From Sphagnum compactum (Eukaryota): a stretch of DNA of 64,000 nt. Where the stretch lies: contig OZ234493.1 of assembly GCA_965153455.1 (NCBI GenBank), forward strand, positions 2,294,001 to 2,358,000, written 5' to 3'. Position numbers and translations under genes: made by a program. The first letter of the stretch is position 1. Each line of letters starts with the position of its first letter. The notes under the pieces are model-generated. The model was not told the origin of the DNA. It ran no database searches and saw nothing but the letters and a program-made list of their open reading frames with translations. Below, one piece after another: positions 53,882 through 64,000 of this stretch.

Positions 53882-54046
53882 GGAAGTTGTACACCACCAA
53901 ATTATTTATTTATTTTTCCATATCATTATTATTATACCATTCTTGAGAATGAGACAGACGGACAGGAAGTTGTACACCACCAAATTATTTATTTATTTTC
54001 CATATCATTATTATTATACCATTATTGAGAATGAGACAGACGGACA
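53882..54046. repeat. ~83-bp near-perfect tandem duplication
   Basis: ggaagttgtacaccaccaaattatttatttatttt(t)ccatatcattattattataccatt.ttgagaatgagacagacggaca x2. Confidence 0.95.
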
Positions 54047-54701
54047 GCAAGCATCCCAACCGGAACCGGTTGTTGCAAATCATATATATATATACACAAA
54101 ACCATATGACACACATGCAAAACATGCTGAATTTCTTTCTTTCCGTAGACGACCGCAAGGCCATGATGGTACCAGAGCCGAGCCGTAATATTTCGCTCGC
54201 TCGCACACAACAACAGCAGCATTTTTTTTTTTGTTGAGTCACTCAAAGTCGCAGGGGCGACAAATTATTTTATTTTAGGACCAAGAGTCAATTGCTCCTT
54301 TAGGCTGTGCACTGATGCCGACCAGGCCCTCTTTTCTTTTGGCTCACACCCGGTTTGACAAAATGACAATTTGAGATTAGTTATTTATAGAGTTATTTCA
54401 TATAGTAAAGGACGTCGGGATGAAAAATGAAGCTTCCCCTGAATCCGTCCTGTCGTCCATCCGTCTCGTCGTCCTTCTATCCATCCGTTCGATCGTCCAT
54501 GCAAATCGACGCCCTGAAAGCTCCGAGGTTGTCGGCTGCACGCCATCCCTCTATTGAGTCGGACACTGCAACTTTCTACCCACCAAGAATGGGAAGGAAA
54601 TAAACCAGGAATGGCCCTCCATCCATGTCCCTATTTAGATACATCATCATCCTCCAAGTGCTGCTTGCTTGCTGGTATAATAATATTTCTTGAAGGATTT
54701 T

Positions 54702-55017
54702 GCTTTATCCTACACTTTGAGTCTATGATGTGGGTTGAGATTCCATAAGGCCGTTGTCGTCGGGCTTTATCCTACACTTTGAGTCTAAGATGTAGTTGAG
54801 ATTCCATAAGGGGCCCTTGTCGTGGGGCTTTATCCTACACTTTGAGTCGATGATGTGTTTGGTTGAAATTCCATAAGGCCCTTGTCCTCGGGCTTTCTTT
54901 CTCCTACATTTTTTTTCTCCTACACTTTGAGTGGGCGATGTGGGTTGAGATTCCATAAGGCCCTTTGTTCTTGGGGGGCTTTATATCCTACACTTTGAGT
55001 CTATGATGTTGAAATTT
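54702..55017. repeat. ~62-bp minisatellite, about 4.5 copies
   Basis: Unit gctttatcctacactttgagtctatgatgtgggttgagattccataaggcc.ttgtcgt.gg, repeated with small indels. Confidence 0.95.
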
Positions 55018-56582
55018 GGCACTCCCCACTATTAATTATTTAATTAGTGTGTCCAATCCCACCTATCACAGCTTGCTTCACATTTGTGTCTTGGCTCAAA
55101 TTCCTAAAAGGCCACAAAAAAAAGTTTTTAGAGTAAGTCTAAGTTATTCCTTGCATGTGGTGGTACCCAATGTTTTTTTTTTTTGGCAATTTATAGCCAT
55201 TCGCCAACTTGTCATTGGACCCAAGGATTTATGGTTTTTTTTATAAAATTTAAAATAATTAATAATAATACATTTATTTATTTATTTAATGGCTTAAAAT
55301 AGCCATATCCAACAATGATCGACTTGTGATCTCGCCATCAATCCTTTATTAGGTTTTCCAAATTGCCATCTCAACCGTTGAATAGGATTAATTGATCACC
55401 ACATCCACCAATGGATCCCATTCCTCTTGCCAAAAGAATGCAAGTGCCATCATAGGGGGATCACCATCTACCATTTCCTTTTCAAACATTTTTTGTCCCT
55501 TTTTTTTCGTGCTCAAAACAAGCATTCAGCAACAAACATTTTCATTAAATTTGGCGCGTCATCTAATTATCGCCTTTCATGAACATCAAACAATTACTCC
55601 ATGATTGTGTGTATATCTTTGTGTGCATGAGTGTGTACTATGGGTTGATGTTGAGACTTGAACGTTCATCTTGATTATTTGCATGGTGCAAGCAAGCTTG
55701 CAGGTTCAGGGTTTAAAGTGAGATTTGCAAATTAGGATTTAGCTTTTCAATTCAAACAAACTTGCAAGCTGTAGTTGTTGTAATGGCAATTGCCAACTCC
55801 TAAAAGATGTTGCAATAGTAACACCACCAACAACAAACAACTTCCATTACACAACGTCAAGTAAATCTTCGACTCTTTATTGTCCAAAAAGAAAATTCAA
55901 TCGAATTTTTTTTAATGTAACTATGTTGTTTGTATTTGTTTGTTTTCTAAATTTGTGAATCATGATTTTTTATCACATTGTTTTGGTTTTTTTGGTGTTG
56001 ACCATTCATGAATAGGAACAAACATCCATTGCATGAGTTAACTTTTAACTTTTTTTTTGTCATCATAAGTCCATGATTCCTTGTGCATTGAATTATAATT
56101 TTTGAGTCTTGATTATTTTTCGTGATTTCAAATGTTGCAATGCTTGACCTAATTGAAAGTTCATATGAACTTTGTATCCTTTGTATTTTCCATCATTTGA
56201 AGTTTGTATCCTTTGTATTCTTCATCCATGGCTCTTCTATAAACCTCCTCCCTTTTCAAATTTTAGGTATAGGTTTTTATAAAGAGCTTGAGACCCTAAA
56301 AACCTTAATCTTACATTTTATTTTTTGACAATATCATGTTTGTCAATGTTCAACTTCTTAAAACCCTTCTTATAGAAGTTTTTAAACAAGAAAAATGCTT
56401 TAAAAAAATGAAATTCATCAAACCTTTCCAAATACATCTAATCTATTAAGTTTTTCTAAACTAAATTAATCGAAAGAAGTGATAGTATTGTTAACCAAAT
56501 GTGATGCAAAATGTACACATTCATCAAATGTAAAGAAAAATTATTGGTAATAAAATTGAATTTTTTGTACAATTATGTTAAA

Positions 56583-57499
56583 TGTCGCGACCCTAACCTT
56601 GGGCTCACGACCAAGGCAAGGGTTTGCAAAGGCGCGGGCTGAAAGTGAAGCCCAAGAATCACATTTCATGCTCCAGGGAGTGTAGGAGGCTGTGAGGGAA
56701 TAAACTCACAACTCCCAAGTGGGCTCTCACTTTGAGAGTTGGAGTCCTAATGGACTTTTGAATTTTTAGAGAGCAATTGCAAGGGTCAAAACTCATTGGA
56801 TTGAAAAGTTTATTATACCATTGGAAAGCTCTTGGACCGTAGATGTCTAAAATGGGCTTGCGTGTCCCATTTGAGTCCTTAAAACACAAGTTATGGCCGA
56901 AAGAAAGGCTGGGGGTCAAATTGTCAATCTGACTCCTGACCACTAAAAGTCGATAATCGCCCTAATTTACTTGCGTGTAGGTGGTGCACCACATATCATT
57001 GAAAAGCTCTCGACGAAGGCTACAAATTTTCTTTAGACTTCATCTCAATTGGAAGTATGCACAAAAAATTGTGGGCTTCCAAAATTGTAGAAGTCCCAAT
57101 TTTGAGAATTTCAGGACTCCCGATTTGGGAGTCTCGGGACAAAATGACATTTGAGTGCAGGCCCCGTGACCAAGCACATATAATACTATAAGGGGAAGGT
57201 GGTGGCTTCCCCCAAGTCTGGGCCATGGTGAGTATTGTGAGTCTATGTATGCATGTGGCTTGTCCGTGCACCAAAAAGTGCTTCAACCACACACTAACCA
57301 ACTTGTTGTTTAGTTTGTGCAAGTTCGTGTGAATAATTGACCTACTTGTCACTCGTCCTAGTCCCCATTCCGAAGCTGCAGCACGCCCCTCTACACCTGA
57401 AGTGTTACGAGCTAGGGAGTGTACCCTAACTCTTTATCCTTTCGTTGTTTTCACCTTTGGACTTGCAATTGAGTCTATCAAGGAGTTTGGGGTGCATCA
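56583..57499. mobile_element. Solo-LTR-like element (917 bp, TG..CA)
   Basis: Sharp rise in GC content within AT-rich DNA, starting TGTCGCGACCCTAACCTTGGG and ending GGGGTGCATCA. No credible ORF. A related fragment lies at ~26502-26577. The flanks (TTAAA / TACCT) are not a TSD. Confidence 0.65.
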
Positions 57500-58509
57500 T
57501 ACCTATTTACATAATTTCTTGCCAAAACAAATGTATCATGATTTCAAATTCAAAATGCCTTAATTTAGACAAGTGTGCTAAATGAGATCCAAAGTTTCTT
57601 CAAGATTTTAGTGTGTATTATAATTCAATGTTACAAATAGTTGTAAAAGAATAGGGCATAGATGTGAAATTAGAAGAGAAATTTGATGAATGCAAAATTG
57701 AATAAATAAATAATGTTTACAAGGAAAAGTTTTTTTAATTCTTATATTATTGTCGGGTAGCTAATGCTATCACACAAATAGGAAATAGTGTAAAGAGAAT
57801 TGGCCATCACAAATTTCGGTATGTTATAGGCTTTTGTAGCTTCAAATTCACACCCACTAATTCCAACCAAAACAACATATCAAAAATTTGGAATGGGAAG
57901 ACTTTGCAAATTTCTTTCATTTCATTGATATTATATGGGTGGCACAAGGTGTAATTTAATCATTTCCTAACCTTACCACATTCTTGTATTTTTGGTATAT
58001 CGTAGTACTTTTTTCAAGTTCGGCACAAATTATATTATTTTCACTTTTGCGGAATTTTTCAGAAAAAAAACTTAATGTTGAAAATTTCAAAAATTCAATC
58101 AAGGTGGCCAAATTTGAACCCATGACTAGTTCAATGAAATACTGAAACCTTTTCACCAGTCTAACCAAAAGCATAACAAGAAACTTTTGAAAACATTAAC
58201 AACATTATTGAACTTATTCCTTATATGTCAAGCATTGAATTCAAATCTTCAAATTGTATTATTATTCAGCACATTAATGTTGAACCTGAAAAGGTACTAC
58301 GATAGTTATTTGTGGACAAGAAGATACCTCTTGTGGGGCCCAAGTCACACCCCCAATCTTTTGGAAATAAAAGCTAGGAGGAGCATGACAACATGATGCT
58401 GATCAATATCGTGCTTCATGATGGACTAACCAAAAGAAAATCTCCCACTTCACCATGCATTAATCATAATACAAAATTCAATAAAATAACAAAAGGAACA
58501 TAACTCAAC

Positions 58510-59900
58510 AAATGGATATATGAACATTTAGAGAGGCCATGGATGTGGTGGAAAGAAGGGCGACGTCTATGAAAAAGGACAATAAGTAAAGTGCAACATA
58601 CCATCGACATCACTAATTCAAGCATAAGCATCTAAATATATGCATTTGTCTTGTGGAGGGTAAAAAAATCTCTAAAGCACAAGGTCTTGCCAACCAAGCT
58701 TGCAACTCATGTAATCAAAACATTCGAACACTTTACAATTAACACAATTGTACATAGTAAATCGCATTTGGAATTCAAACAATACAAGAATCCAAATAGG
58801 TAGATAATCAAAGAACTTGTGTTTGAACTAAGTAGGGTTCACATCAAGTTTACAATGTCATCCCCAAATCCAAGGAACATGGTTAATTGTGAATTGTGCC
58901 ATTAATGCAACATGTTGGTTTCTATCAATATTCTACATTCTTAAAGGTCAAATTTGTGCAATGACGACATTAGACTATGCAAACTAGAGACCTACAAAAG
59001 AAGTCTTGGATGACAACACTCATATTCAAAGAATTTTAATTTAATTTTGAAAATTTGCACATGTGAGATTTTTCAAACAAATCAACATCTTTTAATTATA
59101 GATGGGCATGGATCACATGTTATTTTAAAGAAGATTAAAATAAACACACCAATTTGGGTTAAACATGATCATTCTTATGAGTTATACATCACATGCAATA
59201 CAACTCTTCTATATGTCATGTAATTTCAAGCCATTCAAAACATCATTTAAAAGGGGGAAAAAAATGCAATGGTTGGAAATAATTGATCAGAACTAAACAA
59301 CATCATGTCGGTTGGGTGTGTAAACAAAACATTCGTCCAAGAATTGTCCAAACATAATATTAAATAAACATAAACATAATATTTAAGGTTACATGAATGT
59401 GGTCTTTAAACCCTAAGGCAATGAATGATAAGATATTGCCTTATAACTACCTATTTAGATGAAAAAATTACAACCTTGATGATGAAGCTAATGGTAGTCA
59501 TAGATGGGGAGAAGAATTAATTGTTGTATTTCTCATGAATATTACACGAACAAATTTTGCAATAGATGGAAAGGATTCCAATTGTCTTCTTTCACCCAAT
59601 CAAAGATACCATGTGGAGATGCCAAGGAGTCCTACTACCATAAAAAGATTGCAAGAAGTTGATGAACCAAAATGGTTCACTTGGACAATGAACATTCAAA
59701 GTTATTACAATAATTATTAAAAGCAGGGCAATGCAACTTAAGAATTGTTCTTTGCCAACCTATTAACATTGACACATTTGCCTACAAGGAAAACTCTGGT
59801 CAAGGAACCTTTAGTTGATTATTCATAACCCCATGTTGTGACATCAAATGAGTACCTAATTTTTGTGCAACAAACTGCCATGGAAAAATGTAGAGATTAT
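58510..59900 (+). mobile_element. Decayed pogo/Tigger-type (Tc1-mariner superfamily, DDE_1) transposase
   Basis: Frame-broken motifs EAMDVVER (HTH-psq-like), IWNSN.TRIQ, GSHQVYNVIPKS..WLIVNCAINA..FYILKG, HLLIIDGHGSHV, YTSHAIQ..FKPFKTSFK, WSLNPKAM, EPLVDYS..HVVTSNEYL. Ends approximate. Confidence 0.8.
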
Positions 59901-60823
59901 TTAGATAAAGTAGAAGAACAAAGTCAAGAAAGGTATGCATAGTGATAATTTTTTTAAAGCAAAGTGTAACTACCACCAAACTTTACTATAGAAAGAAAAA
60001 ATGTGCACATGTAATTTGATACTACCAAAAATCACATGCAAACACATGAAACCAAACCTAAATGACTCTTGATGAAAAACAACAAAGATGCATGTATACC
60101 TTACACAAGAGAAATTAAAATCTAAAAGAATAAGGGGAGCCTTAAAAAAGGTCCAAAGAAATGTCAAGAAAGTCAATTTGTTACATATTCACTTGAGTTG
60201 TAATAATTGCAATAACATAAACTAATCAAGTAGTAATTGCTTAACATAATTAAGTAAAAATTAATTGAGTACATCAAAAGGCATACTTAGAAAGGTAAGA
60301 ATAGAAAGAACAATAAAACCAAAAATGTGCAGTAATAAAAACTTCCAACAAATAAAAACAACATATGAATTCATAAAAACAAATGAAAGAAAAGAGGAGA
60401 AAAAGGCTAGAAGGGTGGCAAGTATGTTGACTATGGTTGAACATGTAGTTCAAAGGAACCTAGAAAAATGTTATCAAATAGATTCACAATTTGACATGGT
60501 TTTCTACATATGTGAGGAGTATGGGGATGGATGAATTGCACCACGACATTTAAATTGGATTAAATGTTCAACCATAAGGATATCACAAATATATCATGGC
60601 ACAATGTCACAATATAAAAAATTTGCTAAACAAAGGCTAAGAATTAACATGACAATAATAAGGCACATTCCCACCAAGTTAGCTAAACTTCATAGTCTGA
60701 AAGGGAAAAAGGGAAGAAAAGAAGAATAACAACCATCAAATGTTTTTGATCCCATGATTTGGTAATGCAAAGTGTGTGAAAATTGTTCTTTCACATGTTT
60801 GTACTTGTTACATACAAATGTAA

Positions 60824-60886
60824 TAATGCACGTATAAGTAGGATGAAATGTTTGTCAAATATTTCATCCTATTTATATGTGCATTA
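60824..60886. repeat. 63-bp near-perfect palindrome
   Basis: taatgcacgtataagtaggatgaaatgtttg-t-caaatatttcatcctatttatatgtgcatta: 31-bp arms with 3 non-Watson-Crick positions. Confidence 0.9.
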
Positions 60887-61330
60887 TACATGTTCAAAAG
60901 TTTACTTGTTGTAATCTATTGTTAGGAGTACTTGCGAGTCTAAATACTCGACACTTTGATTAAATTTTCTTGATCACTATTAAATTTTTTTAATGACGTC
61001 AAAAAATTGTTTATCTTCATTAATTTAAACAACCATAAACTATCATACATTTTGTAGGCTTAATCAACAATATTTTTGATCAATGTGTTCAAATCAATGA
61101 AGTAAATGAACCATAATCACCAAACTTGAATTGATGAACCAAATTAGTAGAACCAACTTCAAGTGTACAAACTAATTAAAAATTCAAATTTTAGTATTGA
61201 AGTGTATTAATTGTCCAAATATTGAAAACTTAGTTTATGAAATCAAGGATTTGAAAAACTATTTTTAAATATGAGAAATTTTTGTTTCTTAGGCATGCCA
61301 TTAATTACTAAAAGAAAAAAAGGTTTTTTT

Positions 61331-61430
61331 CAACTTGTCCAATGCAACTATTTTTGTCCAAGGTGACTAATTTTTGTTGCATGCAACTAAAACACTAGTC
61401 ACCTTGGACAAAAATAGTGGCAAAAGTTGG
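61331..61430. repeat. ~100-bp palindrome with a perfect 23-bp stem
   Basis: actatttttgtccaaggtgacta (61347-61369) pairs with tagtcaccttggacaaaaatagt (61396-61418); the centre gttgcatgcaac is itself palindromic. Confidence 0.9.
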
Positions 61431-63100
61431 TTACAAAACCCCATTATAACCTTCCATTCATAATTTGTAAAGGAATTGGTGAACCAAATGAATTGTTCCA
61501 ATTTATGTTTTAATTTAACCATTTTCACAATTCAAACATTAGGTTTCATACAAAACATAATTTGTAACATTAATAAACCTTGTGAAACATCTATCTAACA
61601 TAATAACACATTTTATAAATGAGGTTAGTAGACCTTTATGAAGTAAGCAACATGTAGCTTTTGATAATGCATGTCCCATATCAACACTCCAAGTTACAAA
61701 ACCTTAATAACTCATGGCAAATTCCAAGGAATGTATTTAATACGAGGATAAATAAAGCTCTATGACTAAAAAATCCTCCCCTCTATGAGCACACACATCA
61801 TTGCAAGACCTTAGAAAATGCATCATTCTTTTCAGGTATTATTATTTGTTTTTGAATTGTTTTTGTTAATAACGATAGATTGAATCTTCTTCCTTTTAAG
61901 ATTCAAGTATCCAATGCTCAACATCTTGGTCAAGGTTGTCATAGTTTGACGATGGGTTCAAGCAAGATAAAATATACAACTTGTGATACTTGCAACCTTG
62001 TCCAAAAAATAGTTTAATGTATATTTGGTTCAAATGTTGTTTCCTTATTTCATTTTCACAAAATTGTAGATGTTAGGAATAAGAAAACAAGGTTCAAGTA
62101 ATAAGGGGAGGGGGAGTCATTGTTGCCATTTGTTGCCATTATCACCAAAATGCTTAGACCTTTCATCCACACCTCGACCTTTTTCCCATTCAAGCTTTGA
62201 GTTTGAGTTCTTTCCTATCTATCTACTTGTGTTTGCAAGTTCTTTTATAATTGCATTACTTTGTTGACTGAACTTGGTGAACTCTTGAAACCCATATATA
62301 CATTTTCATGTGTAAACATTAAAAATTGAATAATGTATGAACAATTTATTCTTTTGGCACACGAAAATGATGAGATTGGTAATTTGTTATTAAAATCAAT
62401 ATCTCGTTTGAAAATGTTCAGTGTTGTGGTTTGTGGGAAATCAAATCATGGGTTGTTGCTTCTATGTTTTAAGGTGCAAACTTTGAATATATTTCATATT
62501 CTTCTTCTTACAAGCCCAATAACATTGGTTTCATGATTAAGGTTAAAAGCTTATGTTGGTGGGTGCTTCATGTATTTTAAGAATAGTTTCTCAACATAAT
62601 GGCTTGACCAATTCTCTAGTCTAATGAAACATCCCTTGATGTTTACAAAGTTTTGTAGAGAATTATATTCAAACAAGAATTTTATTAAAAAAATTGAGTA
62701 GAAGCCATTTGGAGTAGGTGAGGCAAATTGAAAAATTGAAGTGAACCTCATGTGAGAATCATTTGAAGTGAGAAAAATTAGCTTTGTACTCCTTTCTCTT
62801 CTTCTTCTTTGATGTCTTGTGTAGTGTAAAATTCTACCTCAAGCTTTATTAGAATAAGGGCTTGTGTCATGTGTTCTTACACCTACTCATTAAAAAATTG
62901 AGAGGTACAAAGTTATTACACCACCAATGAATGGGCATAATACCCATTCCACCAATGGAATGGTCAAGCCCTTGCCCATTATGTCGAGAAATCGCACTCG
63001 TTGAGTTTGTTAGGGCAAGCTTGGAAGATTATGTCGTATAAATGTGGTCAAGAAAGTGATATAATGTGCCTCCCCAGATCTTAATGTGTAGAGAGTAGTA

Positions 63101-63299
63101 AGGCCCAGTTTCTGGTAGTTGGGCGCGGTTTCACAGGAACGTATTACACGCGCTGGAATCAGCAGTACGCATTCCACATTCCTCCTATGCTATCTCGGCA
63201 CTGATGGACGGGCCATTCCGGTTTATAACGAGCAGATATACGCAAAGAGAAAGTCAGCCCCGGTTCTTTTATGTATTTAGGGTTCGAAAATTAGGGTTT
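63101..63299 (+). promoter_or_regulatory. Site II-like and telo-box elements upstream of the last gene
   Basis: AGGCCCA at 63101-63107, TTAGGGTT at ~63277 and TTAGGGTTT at 63291-63299, followed by a pyrimidine-rich leader. Confidence 0.5.
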
Positions 63300-63700
63300 G
63301 CAGTTACGACGGCAAAGCTTTTATGATCGCTAGCGTTATCTTCTTTGTCTTCTTCACTCCTCCTCCTCCTCCTCTCGCGCTTTGCTTGCTTTTTACCCAT
63401 CTGCATCTTCATCTTCCGCAGCTTAGGAGCTTATTGTTGTCTGGGATTCATCCCTGGAGTTTTTCTTTTGAGAATTTTTAAAAAAATAAATAAATAAAAT
63501 TGTCGCACTCTTGTTTTTTTTTTTTTTCTTCGCTTTTCTTCATTGTGGGTATCTCCTTCAAGTTTCTTGTGGAATTTTGGTGTCAATAGGCAGTCGTGGA
63601 GAGAGAAAAACAGTTTTAGGTTTGTAGAATAAGACACGCACGCCGGGTGGGCGGGGCGGGGCGGGGCAAGGCCGGGGGGTGGTTGGGAGGGGGAGCGAAA

Positions 63701-64000
63701 ATGTCGAAGAAGAAAACGTCGCGTGCTGTGATGACGTTGAAGGATTTTCATGGTGGCTCGATTCCTTCAGATCTGCCTCTTCCCTCTGCTCCTGGAATGT
63801 AAGTGAAGCCACTTTCTCTTTTTTTGGTTTTGTTTTTGGTTTGTTTGTACACTAGTGTGTTCTTGGAAGAACTAGATGTGGACATTTGCTAGATAGGTTT
63901 TTAGATACTTTGATGGACAAGAGTTTTGAGGGCGTGAAGTTTCTGAATGCTATGGTTTTTTTCCCTGTCACTCTCTAGGCCTGTCGAGCGGAGTTCTTTT
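63701..64000 (+). CDS. 5' part of a conserved, poorly characterised plant protein (N-terminal MTLKDFHGGSIPSDLPLPSAPG motif); runs off the window
   Basis: Exon 63701-63798 MSKKKTSRAVMTLKDFHGGSIPSDLPLPSAPG, donor GTAAGT, acceptor ctctctag| at 63978, exon 2 from 63979 (MPVERSSF..). Not in the ORF track because it is short. Confidence 0.85.

Noticed and set aside
54172-54335. Partial likeness to miR171 (GAGCCGAGCC..AATAT) and miR166 (CGACCAGGC)
   Set aside because: Several mismatches and no complementary star arm seen.
54702-55017. Regularly spaced repeats resembling a CRISPR array
   Set aside because: Whole units repeat with no unique spacers, there are no cas genes, and the context is eukaryotic: a minisatellite.
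56659-57352. 94- and 110-aa minus-strand ORFs
   Set aside because: They lie inside the LTR-like repeat and show no gag/pol motifs.
61356-61370. GTCCAAGGTGACT resembles miR169 (GCCAAGGATGACT)
   Set aside because: Only a short gapped match; the rest of the mature sequence is absent.

Overview
Eukaryotic land-plant genomic DNA: intron-rich genes separated by AT-rich, transposon-relic-filled spacers. The repeat content and gene sequences suggest a bryophyte, probably a peat moss (Sphagnum); this is inference from recall, not a search result. Intact genes whose exons I assembled by hand into open frames: ARF-like GTPase ARFC1/ARL5 (+, intronless CDS, 184 aa), GPAT9 (+, 12 exons, 405 aa), RETICULATA-RELATED DUF3411 protein (-, 394 aa), the WD40/TPR protein ASG2/WDTC1-like (+, 19 exons, 771 aa, ends in CaaX motif CTQS), a full-size PDR/ABCG transporter (-, 24 exons, 1490 aa, one GC-AG intron), and the start of a 'TLKDFHGGSIPSDLPLPSAPG' family gene at the right edge. 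Broken or mobile DNA: a decayed two-gene PIF/Harbinger element whose transposase is split by a 1.7-kb non-autonomous hAT-like insertion (TIRs plus 8-bp TSD), an ARM-repeat pseudogene, a pogo-type DDE transposase relic, a solo-LTR-like element, a MITE and several tandem and inverted repeats. The most unusual items are (i) a 2-kb intron-containing internal slice of a glutamine synthetase gene, cut mid-exon at both ends and joined to exons of an unidentified gene, with one in-frame TGA between the two, and (ii) a tandem array upstream of the RETICULATA-related gene in which four units carry a polypyrimidine-CAG|GTA motif. No tRNA, rRNA or CRISPR features were supportable.
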